DNA of 64,000 bases, from the NCBI RefSeq assembly GCF_964213995.1, contig NC_135808.1, forward strand, positions 25,172,001 through 25,236,000, given 5' to 3'. The notes beneath the pieces are model-generated. The model was not told where the DNA came from and ran no database searches. It worked only from the letters and a program-made list of their open reading frames with translations. This DNA comes from Mustelus asterias (Eukaryota). The position numbers and the translations under genes are program-made. Numbering within the stretch: the stretch's first letter is position 1; each line of letters starts with the position of its first letter. This document shows, piece after piece, positions 24,401 to 35,838 of the stretch.

Positions 24401-26880
24401 TAACGTCTGTAGTAGGGAAAATGCTGGAATCCATAAATTAAGAGGAGATAGCAGGGCATCTGGATAGAAATTGTTCGATCAATCAGACGCAGCATGGATT
24501 CATGAGGGGAAAGTCGTGCTTGACGAACATGTTGGATTTTTATGAAGATGTGACTAGGGCGGTTGATGGAGGAGCACCGGTGGATGCGGTGTTTTTGGAT
24601 TTCCAAAAGGCATTTGATAAGGTGCACCATAAAAGGCTGCTGAAGAAGATTAGGGCACACGGAGTTGGGGGTAGTGTGTTAAAGTGGATTGGGGACTGGC
24701 TATCCGACAGGAAGCAAAGAGTCGGAATAAATGGGTGTTTTTCCGGTTGGAGGAAGGTAACTAGTGGCGTGCCGCAGGGATCGGTACTCGGGCCGCAACT
24801 ATTTACCATTTATATAGATGATCTGGAGGAGGGGACAGAGTGTAGGGTAACGAAGTTTGCAGACGACACAAAGATAAGTGGAAAAGTGAATGGTGTGGAG
24901 GACGGAGAAGATCTGCAGAGAGATTTGGACAGTCTGATTGAGTGGGCGAGGATATGGCAAATGGAGTATAACGTTGATAAATGCGAGGTTATACACTTTG
25001 GAGGAAATAATAACAAATGGGATTACTATCTCAATGGAAACAAATTAAAACATGCTACCGTGCAAAGGGACCTGGGGGTCCTTGTGCATGAGACGCAAAA
25101 GCCCAGTCTGCAGGTACAACAGGTGATCAAGAAGGCAAATGGGATGTTGGCCTATATTGCGAGGGGGATAGAATATAAAAGCAGGGATGTCTTGATGCAC
25201 CTGTACAGGGCATTGGTGAGGCCGCAGCTGGAATACTGTGTGCAGTATTGGTCCCCTTATATGAGGAAGGATATATTGGCATTGGAGGGAGTGCAGAGAA
25301 GGTTCACCAGGTTGATACCGGAGATGAGGGGTTTGGATTATGAGGAGAGGCTGAGGAGATTGGGTTTGTACTCGTTGGAGTTTAGAAGGATGAGGGGGGA
25401 TCTTATGGAGACTCATAAGATAATGCGGGGGCTGGATAGGGTGGAGGCGGAGAGATTATTTCCACTTAGTAAGGAAGTTAAAACTAGAGGACACAGCCTC
25501 AAAATAAAGGGGGGTCGGTTTGAGACAGAGTTGAGGAGGAACTTCTTCTCCCAGAGTTTGGTGAATCTCTGGAATTCTCTGCCCACTGAGGTGGTGGAGG
25601 CTACCTCGCTGAATATGTTTAAAACGCGGATGGATGGATTCCTGATCGGTAAGGGAATTAAGGGTTATGGGGATCAGGCGGGTGAGTGGTACTGATCCAC
25701 GTCAGATCAGCCATGATCTTATTGAATGGCGGGGCAGGCTCGGGGGGCTAGATGGCCTACTCCTGCTCCTATTTCTTATGTTCTTATGTTCTTAACATAC
25801 CGGCAGTTTTGAGAAACACATATTTTAGTGACGAGGTCACTCGCTTGTCTATATTACTCTGTTTTCACTCGACCTCAATTTTTAAACAGTAGGCTCACGT
25901 TAGCTCCTTCGATTCTGTAGGAATAATTCCAGAATCCAACGAATTTTCGAAAATAACCACCCATGCATCTATTATTTCTCGCGCCACTTTCATAAGTAAT
26001 ATGGGGTCAAGATTATCAGACCATTTATCCGCGCTTCTTCCCATTAATTTCCCCAAGCCATTTCTCTACAAATACTGATTTCCTTCAGATTCTCACTGAA
26101 ACGTGTGTTTCTCAGAACTTCTGGCACAACAGTTATGTCTTTCTTTGTGATGAGGGAAAAAAATGCGAATTTATTTCCTCAACCATTTGTTGAGACCGTT
26201 TTCTTTATTTCCACGTTTCTGATTGTAAGTGGACTATCTTCACTTTTGATTGCCCTTCCCCCTTTATATACCCATAGAAACGTTTACACTTGTTCCCTCT
26301 TAACTTACTTTCCTACTCAAATTCCCCCTTCTGGATAAATGGATTGGCCCACCTTTGCTGAATTTTAAACCATTCCTAATCTGCAGGTCTATTCCTTGTT
26401 CTTGCTAATTTGTATGCTTCTTATTTGAATCTAATATTATCTCTGATTTCCCTTGGAAGCCATGGTTTGACCTCAGTTCCATTTCCACTCTTGTGCCAAA
26501 TAGGAATAAACAACTTTTGGAGATCACCTATGTGTCTCTTGAATGCATGCCATTGCCTTTCTCCTGTTCTTCCTACAGCAGTATTTCCCAGTCCATCATA
26601 GCCAATTCGTGATTCATGAAATCATAGTTTCCTTTTATGGGATTCTGGCCCTGGTCTAAGAGCCAATTACCTCACTGTCCACGTTGATAAGGACTTCCAT
26701 CATACTATCGTCTCTCTTCCACAAGGGTTCTCTTACAACCAGTTGCCAACTAATCCTTTCTCATTGCACAATATTCAATCCAAGAATGACCTGTTGCTTT
26801 GTTGGTTCCTCAACATGTTGGTCCAGAAACCATTCGGTATACATTCCAGAAATTCCTCCTCAACTATACTGTGACTAATT
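21475..26880 (-). mobile_element. Older CR1 LINE (21475-22585 and 25800-26880) split by a younger plus-strand CR1
   Basis: YEERLSRFGLYSLEFRRVRG in the left part. The decayed minus-strand CR1 sequence resumes after 25800. Confidence 0.7.
22610..25793 (+). mobile_element. Young CR1 LINE (end of ORF1 and complete ORF2 with two disruptions)
   Basis: CLNARSIRNK, GVVYRPPN, GDFN, SDHN endonuclease motifs; RT GVPQGSVLGP/KFADDTK; frame breaks near 23610 and 24440; (TTCTTATG)n tail. Confidence 0.95.
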
Positions 26881-26892
26881 TGACTGAATCAT

Positions 26893-27036
26893 TGTCCCTT
26901 AGAGTCCTGGGATGCGTAGGTTAGAGGGATTAGCGGGTAGAATATGTGGGGGTAGGGCCTGGGTGAGATTGTGGTCGGTGCAGACTCGATGGGCCGAATG
27001 GCCTCCTTCTGCACTGTAGGGTTTCTATGTTTCTAT
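26893..27036 (+). mobile_element. HE1-type SINE 3' half
   Basis: GTAGGGCCTGGGTGAGATTGTGGTCGGTGCAGACTCGATGGGCCGAATGGCCTCCTTCTGCACTGTAGGGTTTCTATG. Confidence 0.8.
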
Positions 27037-28769
27037 GTGTGTGATGGAGGGATTGAATGTTGGCAGATGTAGTGCCAATTGAGCGGGCTGCTTTGTCCTG
27101 GATGGTGTCAAGCTTCTTGAGTGTTGTTGGAGCTGCACTCACACAGGCAAGGGGGGAGTATTCCATCACACTCCGGACTTTTGCCTTGAAGATGGTGGAT
27201 AGGCTTTGGTGAGTCAGGAGATGTCATCGCAGTATTCCTAGACTCTGACCTGCTCTTGTAGCCACAGTGTTTATGTGATATGTGTAGATGGAAAATTTGA
27301 TGGACCACATAAAGAGCGGTTGACCTTAAATTTCCCATCCCTGGGTGAGCGGGACCGGAAAATCAAGGAGCGGCAGTTTAGGTACGGAGGTACATAATTT
27401 GTGAACGAGTTTTACCATTCTTTCCTTCTCCAAAATAGGGCAGTAAATTGTACAATGACAGCGACATATTCAGCTTCCCTATTTGGGGACCTCATCGGTG
27501 GAGAAAGTTGAGTTTGTGCTGGCGAGGTTTTCGGTGAAGTTCGTTCCAATCCCCGCCAATGACTTAACGGCCGTCCCGATGTTTTGAACACATTCAAATG
27601 TAGTTTTCTGGCGTTTGGAGCTGATAAACAACAATCCCCACGAGCACACAGACACTTCACCACATCTCCGCCTGCATCTCCTCTTGCGATGATAGTTGTT
27701 TAACGTCGGCGCTGCCCGGGTATTGTCCCAGGGGTTCGGTGGGAGAGGGACGAGGTTTTGCTGGTGCCGGATGATGAGGTTGTTTGCTCACGGTTAGGGA
27801 TACGCTGGAAAGGGTGTGACGATGAGGGTCCGGCCCCCTCATTTTTTTCGGCTTTGTGGCTAAAAGACATGGCGGGGAAAGTTGCATTAGGTTCCATCCG
27901 CTTCCTCGCTGTTTTCTTTTTCTACCCGTTGCTCCACTCTGCTTATTTTTGAGAAAGTCCAGTCCTCAGAAGGTAAAAACATTGTGATTTTCCGGTTCCG
28001 CTCGCTGCCTGGATTGTCGGCACCCGACTCTTTAGGTGGCCCTGTATCCCCGTGGAAGGTCTCGTCATGGCTCATTAAACTTATATCTTAAATCTTTTAA
28101 CCATTTGAAAGAACGGGCAACAATTATTGAATAAATATTACATTTTTCATGATATATTTTCATACAATGTGATCATCTTTACCAAGGCCAGCATTTCCTG
28201 CCCATCCCTACATGCCCATAATAATATACTGGTGAGGTGCTTGTCTTGAAACATAGCCTTCCATGTGCTTGCGATAGCAAATAACCTGAAGTTAGTCTTA
28301 GATATAGCTGAGAAGGTTGTACATCTGGATTGCAGAATGTGAGTGTTTGTGGATAGCGGGGCAGTCCCGGGCAAACACATTTATTGCAAATATTGTATTG
28401 TCTAATTGCCATGCTCGTGGGGCTTCGAAATGTGGCTGAAAGATTATGCTTTTCCTGGAGGTCGAATCCGACGCTGTGGAGGGAGGTTATTAGTTTACAA
28501 GGCTGGGGAAAGAAACAAAGGGAATTCAATTCTCGGGAACATTGGACTGGCTCTGGAAAAATCAACCGAGTACTTAAGCAGCCTTCTCCACATCATGGTC
28601 TGTAGGCCGGATGTGACCAACGAAGCAACCCATATGTCCCCAGATGCAATTTCGAATATGCCGGAAAGTGGAGTGGATAATTCTTAAACAATTGACTCCT
28701 CCAAGCATAACCAAATCTGCTCCCACGTTTGCTGCTCATAGGTCACTTGTGAGCCCAACAGCAACGCAT

Positions 28770-29062
28770 GGCAGCACAGTGGCAGAATGGTTAGCACTGC
28801 TGCCACCCAGCGCCAGGACCAGGGTTCATTTCTCGGCTTGGGTCACTGACTGTGCCGAGTTCACACGTTCTCTGCTTGGGTTTCCTTCGTGTGCTCCAGT
28901 TTCCTCCCACAATCTGAAAGATGTGCTGATTAGGGGCATTGGCCGTTCTAAATTCTCCCTCGGTGTACCCGAACATGCACCGGAGTTTGGTGACTAAGGG
29001 ATTTTCACAGTAACGTAATTGCAGTGGTACTACAAGCCAACGTGTGACACTAATAAATAAAA
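28770..29062 (+). mobile_element. V-type SINE (L2-like tail variant)
   Basis: GGCAGCACAGTGGCAGAATGGTTAGCACTGC...GGATTTTCACAGTAAC...AATAAATAAA. Confidence 0.8.
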
Positions 29063-30257
29063 ATTAATAATGAAGGAGAGAAGTATACAAAGCTTCAGGG
29101 AATGTGTTGTCAGGGAAATGAAAAGAGGGTGCAGGTGGATTTGGAGAGTTTAGTGAGTGGGTACGAACTTTGCAAATGGATATATTGTCAAAAATATGAG
29201 GTAATCCGCTTTGGTAGAAGGAACAGATGTGAGCAGTATTTCCAAAAGGGTACGAAGTTAGAAACTGTGGATGTGCAAGAAAACTTTGGGGTGTTCTTGT
29301 CCATAAATCACTGAAAACTAATACGCAGTTGCCGCAGACTAGTAGGGTGGCTAAAGGGATGTTAGCCTTCATCGTAAGTGGATTTGCACACCTGATATGT
29401 AGCACGCATTTGACAAATGCCCACATGGCATATTAGTGAGAACATTAGCAGCTCCCACTATCCGCGAGAAACTGGGGAGTTGGATTTAAAAGGCTCAATG
29501 GTAGAAAATAAGGATTGACTTGTTGTGTTTAATCATTCACGGACTGTGTGCGTCCCTAGCGAGTTTAGCGGTTATTTCCCATGAGCAATTTCTCATGAGA
29601 ATGCGGGGGCGAGTTACATTCTTGAACCATTGCAACCCATGTAGTGTTGGTTCACCCACAGTGTTGTTCGAGAGGGAGGTACAAGATTTGGACTCAATGA
29701 CAATGAAGGAACGGTGATGTATTTCCAAATTAGCACGGTGAGTGGCTTGGAGCAGAACTTGAATGTGGTGGCTGCTCTTGTCCTTCTAGATAGTACTGGT
29801 TATAGGTTTGCAGCCTTGATCGGTTCCAACATGAATTTTGTAGATGGTACCCATGGCTGTTACTGTGCGTCAGTGGAGGGAGTGAACTTTTGTGATGGGT
29901 GCCAATCAAGCAAGTTGTTTTGTACTAGATGATATCGAGATTCTTGGGTATGCTAAGAGCTGTACTCCATTGGGCAATATATTCAATCACAATCCTGGCT
30001 TGCACCCTGAAGAGTATGGACCGGCTTTTGAGAGTCAGGAGGTGAGTTAATTGCGGCAGAGCTCCTAGCTGCTGAATGGCTAGTGCAGCCAAATATTTAT
30101 ATGGCCAGTCCAGTTAAGTTCCTGGTCAATAGACATCATCAGGAAGTTGATAGTGGGTGACTTGACGATGGTAATGTTATTGAATGTAAAGTGGCATTGG
30201 TTAGATTTTCTCCTGTTGGAGGTGGTAATTGCATTTGCGTGGAATGAATGATATCTT

Positions 30258-31165
30258 TTGATTTGATTTGATTTATTGTTACATGTATTTGTATATTTTG
30301 AAAGTATTGTTTGTTGCGCGCTATACAGACAAAACATACCGTTCATAGAGAAGGAAACGAGAGAGGGCAGGATGTAGTGTTACAGTCATAGCTAGGGTGT
30401 AGAGATAGATCAACCTAATGCAAGGTAGGTCCATTCAAAAGTCTGATGGCAGCAGGGAAGGAGCTGTTCTTGAATCGGTTGGTATGCGATCTCAGACTTT
30501 TGTATCTTTCTTCCGATGGAAGATGGTGGAAGACAGAATGTCCGGGGTGTGTGGGGTCCTTAATTATGCTGGCTGCTTTGCCGAGGCAGGAAGGAGTGTT
30601 GACAGAGTCAATAGATGGGGGCTGGTTTGCGTGATGGATTGGGTTACATTCACAACCTTTTGTAGTTTCTTGCAGTCTTGGGCAAAGTAGGAGCCAAACC
30701 AAGCTGAGATACAACCAGAAAGAATGCTTTCTATGGTACATCCGTAAAAGTTGGTGAGAGTCGTCGGTGAGATGCCAAAGTTCCTTACTCTTCCGAGACA
30801 GGAGGAGCGTTGGTGGGCTTTCTTAACTATAGTATCGGCATGAGGGAAGGGTGGGCATGGAAAGGGCGGGAGGGTGGGGGGGGGGGGTGTGGGTGGGGGA
30901 CCAGGGCAGGTTGTTGGTGATCTGGAACCTAAAACCTTGAAGCCCTCGATCATTTCTACTTCGTCCCCGTTTCTGTCGACAGGGACATGATCTCTAGTTC
31001 CTTCCTGAATTGATGGCTATCTCCTTCGTTTTGTTGACATTGAGGGAGAGATAATTGTCACTGCACCAGTTCACCAGATTCTCTATCTCATTCCGATAAT
31101 CAGTCTTGTCATTGTTTGAGATCCGACCCACTACGGTGGTGTCGTCAGCAAACTTGAAAACCGAG
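30258..31165 (-). mobile_element. Rex1/Babar-clade LINE 3' portion
   Basis: FKFADDTTVVGRISNNDKTDYRNEIENLVNWC, LNVNKTKE and KKAHQR...LTNFYGCTIESILSGCISAWFG; (CAAAT)n tail. Confidence 0.8.
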
Positions 31166-31167
31166 CT

Positions 31168-31249
31168 GGGGGGGGGGGGGGAGCGGGTTGGGGGGGGGGG
31201 GGGGGTTTGGGGGGCGGGGTTGGGGGGGGAGAGGGGAGGGGGGGGGGGG
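31168..31249 (+). repeat. Interrupted poly-G tract (G-quadruplex-prone)
   Basis: About 80 nt of almost pure G at the 5'-truncation point of the Rex/Babar element. Confidence 0.85.
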
Positions 31250-31884
31250 AAATCTGCCACTTCCCAACCTCAGTCCGGATATGTTTCAAGGCTGTGTGCA
31301 TTTTGGCATGGACCGTCCTTCCCATCTCAGGAGTAGCAAATGATGCAGGCGTCTGTAAATCTCCCCACATCTGACATGAAGGTGGGAGGAAAGTAAATGA
31401 TGAAACAGCTGATGGTGTTTGGACCGTGGGACAGTAAACTGAAGGAATCCTGCACTGATTTCGTCGAGCTGAGATTATTGACCTCCAACAACCACAATCA
31501 ACTTCCTTTGCGCTCTATAATGACTTCAACTAACATAGATTTTCCCCTGTGATATCCATTGGCCCCAGTTTTGTTTGAGCTCATTGATGCCACATTCATT
31601 CAAATGGGGCCTTGCTGTCAAGGGTAGTCACTTTGATCTTTCCTCCTTGGTTCAGGTCTTTTGCTTGAACTAAGGTTATAAAAGGGCCAGGAGCTGAATA
31701 AGCCTCACGGAGCCCACACATCACAGTAATGGAACATAAAGCAAATGGGCGTCTAATATTACATTTAGTACTATCAATTGACCAACAATTTTCGTAATAG
31801 CTTACATACATTTTCAAATGCAAATTACGAACGACAACAACATCAATGTGCACAGAGAAATCACAGATTTGTTTGCAGCTATCT

Positions 31885-33309
31885 CTATCTTGCTGTACGG
31901 ATGTTTCTGTACTGACACAGTAGAAGATGCTTGAAGGTTTTCTTGAAGATAGGATTACACAATGCGTAGCATGCTGGGTTGATCGTGCTGTTTACATAAA
32001 CGAGCCAGTATCCAGTAATCCAGACTGTGTTGGGGACACAGATTGAACAGAACGTGTTAATAAGCACCATGGCAAAGTATGGGCTCCAGGTGATGATAAA
32101 TGCCAGGAGAATAGCCAGGATGGTTCGAGTCACTTTCTCCTCTCGTGATCCTGCTCCCTTCTTCTTGTTGTTCAAAGGGACATTGGCCATTGTAATAATC
32201 TTATTGTCTACCCTGCTTTCTCTGTCATCCCCATTATTACCATTGAGACCTGACACTCTTCTTTCCGTAGGACCACAGTCGTCACTGGATGTAGCTTTGC
32301 TCACTATCTTTATGATCGAGAGTTCGGAGTTCTTCATTGTGAAAGTGCTCTGAGCATCATAAACATTCCTGCTCCCTTGTATGGTCCCTTCATCCTTCGG
32401 GTTTGATTGTGCAACACTGGGCGATGTTGACCCATTGGGGAGACCCTTCTCTCCTGCTTGGCCACACTTATTATTTGTTATTTCACTAATTATTTTGCCA
32501 TTTTGTACTGTGACATGTGCCAACAGATGAGGACCATTTGCTATGTTGTTCTTATTTTGTTTGAGTATTTTGCTCTTTATCAAACTGCAAATAACAGCGT
32601 ACTTGTTTGATTCGGTTTCCTTTTTATCCTCCTTTACACGACTCTTGCTAGCACGTGATATTTGCACGTACAAAATCACCATGATAATAACAGGGAGATA
32701 GAAGGCAGCTATTGCAGTGCCAAAAGTGATGGCTGGATTTGTGAGGAACTGCACATAACACTCACCATCACCAACTGTCCGCTGCCCAACGATGAACTGC
32801 CAGAAGAGAATGGCAGGGACCCACAGGATAAACGACAGCATCCAAGCCGCTGCAATCATCATCCCCGCCGTTCTCACTGTTCTATTCACTGGGTAGGTCA
32901 AGGGTTTTGTCACGCAGAAGTAGCGGTCAAAGCTGATGATAAGGAGGTTCATGCCAGAGGCACTACTGGCAACATAATCGACAGCAAGCCACAAGTCACA
33001 TACCACTGTGCCCATCGGCCAGTAGCCAGTAACCGTATAAATTGTGTATAGGTTCATAGAGAATACACCAATAATCAAATCAGCACAGGCCAAGCTGAAA
33101 ATAAAGTAGTTGTTAATGGTTTGCAAATGTTTGTTTACTTTGATTGAAACGATGACTAGAATGTTTCCAATAACTGTTACCAGACTTAAAGGTCCTGTGA
33201 CAATGACAATGAAGACCACTTCGACCATTTTGTAAGGACTCTCTCTTTCCCCACCAAACACGCCTGTTGGGTTGCTGAGAGATTCATTTGCCTCTGTTGA
33301 GTTTTCCAT
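31885..33309 (-). CDS. CHRM2: Muscarinic acetylcholine receptor M2-like, copy B (474 aa from the ATG at 33309)
   Basis: Intact ORF paralogous to copy A. The ATG (MENSTE) aligns with the copy A start, and the acceptor ttttctacatttag| (AG at 33346-33347) is again 36 nt upstream. Confidence 0.95.
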   Translation of the reverse strand: MENSTEANESLSNPTGVFGGERESPYKMVEVVFIVIVTGPLSLVTVIGNILVIVSIKVNKHLQTINNYFIFSLACADLIIGVFSMNLYTIYTVTGYWPMGTVVCDLWLAVDYVASSASGMNLLIISFDRYFCVTKPLTYPVNRTVRTAGMMIAAAWMLSFILWVPAILFWQFIVGQRTVGDGECYVQFLTNPAITFGTAIAAFYLPVIIMVILYVQISRASKSRVKEDKKETESNKYAVICSLIKSKILKQNKNNIANGPHLLAHVTVQNGKIISEITNNKCGQAGEKGLPNGSTSPSVAQSNPKDEGTIQGSRNVYDAQSTFTMKNSELSIIKIVSKATSSDDCGPTERRVSGLNGNNGDDRESRVDNKIITMANVPLNNKKKGAGSREEKVTRTILAILLAFIITWSPYFAMVLINTFCSICVPNTVWITGYWLVYVNSTINPACYALCNPIFKKTFKHLLLCQYRNIRTAR

Positions 33310-34384
33310 CAGTCCCCTCTGATGTGCAGTAAGCAATGACGGGTCCTAAATGTAGAAAAGCAAATAATAAATAAGAAACAGATTTCAAGTTTTTCGAAGT
33401 TAAAAGCTACCAATAACTCATTGAAGCTCTATCAGCAAGAACATAAAAAGCTATTGGCTTTTATCAACTTGAATATGTTTGTCAAGAGTGACTTGGTTTT
33501 AATTCAGAAGCATCTCATTGGCTTATTACTATACAATTAATTATGAATTAATAGTTAACTCCTTGTGTCGAACTCAATGACACGGCAAACATGTCTGTCA
33601 GGCTTTTAGATTCAATGATCCAGTACATCTGGTTCAGACATTTTTGAGCTCTTCAAATAATTACCTGTTAAGGGAAGAATACTTAAACTCCATTGATTTT
33701 TTAATGTTAATGCATCCATTCAACATACTCACGTAAATTATTACAATCCCTATCACTGAGGTAAGTTTTGCGAGAAGAACAAATGTTACACAGTTATCCC
33801 TCCCTCATAGAAAGAATAGCTGAAAGGTACAATTAGTAATCTAGTTGTAAAATTACCTTTCTGGTGAGTGACCACAGTATGATATAATTTGCAATGATGG
33901 TTGAGAGTGAGGAAGTTAAACATGAAACCTGGATATTAAAGTTGAATAAACTGAATTATGAAGGCAAGAGGGAGAAATTGACTCATAGGGATTGGGAAAA
34001 AAATTGAAATGCATGACAGTTCATAGGTAACGGCGAGTCTTCACAAAAGTATTACATACATTCCTTCAAGTTCCAAAAACAGAAGTTAAAAAAAGCCAGC
34101 TGACAATGGCTAACAACAAAAGTTAAGGATTCTACGATACTAACGGGAAAGGCCTAAAAAGTTGGAAGAATTAGTTGTTAACCTGATGATTGGGAGGTTT
34201 GTAGAATTAAACCAAGTACGGCAAAGAAGCTGATAAATAAAAGGGAAAACAGAATGTAAATACAGTCTCGCAAAACCCACAAGAAAACGGAACGTAAAAA
34301 ACTTCTATCGGGATGTCACAAGAAGATGTTTGACGAAGACAAATGTATGTCTCCATTACAAACTGACAATTAATAGAGCAGCAA

Positions 34385-35410
34385 CTGTAGACAAATACGC
34401 CATTCCCAGAATCGATGAATTACACGACAGGTTGGCAGCAGGTAAGTGATACATCATCTGGATATGAGTGGTGCCTATCAGCATTTGGAATCAAACAGCA
34501 CGTCAAGGGAGCATGTGGCAATCAATACCCACAAAGACATCCAACATTAGCTCCAGTTGCCTATTGGAGTTTCATTCCTACGTGCCACTTGTGCAGTAAA
34601 CCATGGAGAGTCTTCTGCAGGGACTTCCATGTGTGTTATAGAAATAAAGATGGTGTTCTCGTCACTTGACTGCCTGAAGACTAACTTTTAGCAAATGTCG
34701 TGATTGTGTTGAAATGCCTTATGACAGCAAGTGTCTGTTTGCAGTGGAGCAATGACCATATCATACATCTGAGGTAACCTACACAGAGTGGAAGATTTAG
34801 GGTTACATCCTATTTAGGACAAGGCCCAGTCAATCAAAAATGCACTCGCACGCTGCAATGCGTCAGAACTTAAGAATTCCTCGGGACAATAAACTATTAG
34901 TTATTTCTAACCTAATCTGTTCACCATGCTTGAACCACCCCACCTGTTGCTACCGAAGAAATATCAGTTACTATGGGGTTTGAAAGCAAGCACAAACCTT
35001 TACAACAGCAAATAAACTGCTTGAGTCATTGTGCTTGCTGATTCAATATGAGCCAGCTGGTGTTGACACGTGACGCTTCTAACTAGCACAGAAAGCATAT
35101 AATCCCATCGAATGGAGGACAGGTCAGAAAGGTTTATTGGTTATATTTCGAGAACACTCTCCCAGGCTGAAAAATTCTACTGTCAGCTAAAGACAGTAGC
35201 GCTGACAGTTCTATTTGTTGGAACAAGTTTCAATAATACCTACACGGGAGGTATTTTACACGTGTCTGACCGTAAACCGCCAACAAGCATCTTCCGCGAA
35301 GACAAAGCCATTCCAACTATAGTTTCAACAGGAATCCCACGTTGGGCCTTGGTACTATCAGCTTATGAGCAGACAATCATGTACTCCCCTGACTCGCATA
35401 TTGCTAATAC
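34385..35410 (+). mobile_element. Ty3/Gypsy LTR-retrotransposon pol fossil (RT-RNase H)
   Basis: EDRSERFIGYISRTLSQAEKFYCQL...SDRKP...RWALVLSAY...IAN matches the Gypsy RNase H pattern PIAYASRTL..AEKNY..TDHKPL..RWAL.L..Y..N.AD. No LTRs seen. Confidence 0.75.
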
Positions 35411-35488
35411 AGTCGTCCATCAACGGTTCCACAACAGTCAGTGTTGTCGTTAAGTTTCTTGTGTTGGTTATCTGTTAAAGGTAAAGTT

Positions 35489-35838
35489 GGCGGCACGGTA
35501 GCACAGTGGTTAGCACTGCTGCTTCACAGCTCCAGGGGCCTGGGTTCGATTCCCGGCTTGGGTCACTCTCTGTGTGGAGTTTGCACATTCTCCTCGTGTC
35601 TGCGTGGGTTTCCTCCGGGTGCTCCGGTTTCCTCCCACAGTCCAAAGATGTGCGGGTTAGGTTGATTGGCCATGCTAAAATTGCCCCTTTGTGTCCTGGG
35701 ATGCGTATATTAGAGGGATTAGTGGGTAAAATATGTAGGGATATGGGGGTAGGGCCTGGGTGGGATTGTGGTCGGTGCAGACTCGATGGGCCGAATAGCC
35801 TCTTTCTGTACTGTAGGGTTTCTATGATTTCTATGATT
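35489..35838 (+). mobile_element. HE1-type tRNA-derived SINE, full length
   Basis: GGCGGCACGGTAGCACAGTGGTTAGC, B box GGTTCGATTCC, V-domain and a CR1-like tail with (TTTCTATGA)n. Confidence 0.9.

Noticed and set aside
33310-33336. N-terminal extensions of M2-B (MLTAHQRGL) and M2-C (55858-55908) in the ORF track
   Set aside because: They start at TTG codons; the aligned ATG in all three copies is the MENST/MANST Met, and the C extension crosses the acceptor region.
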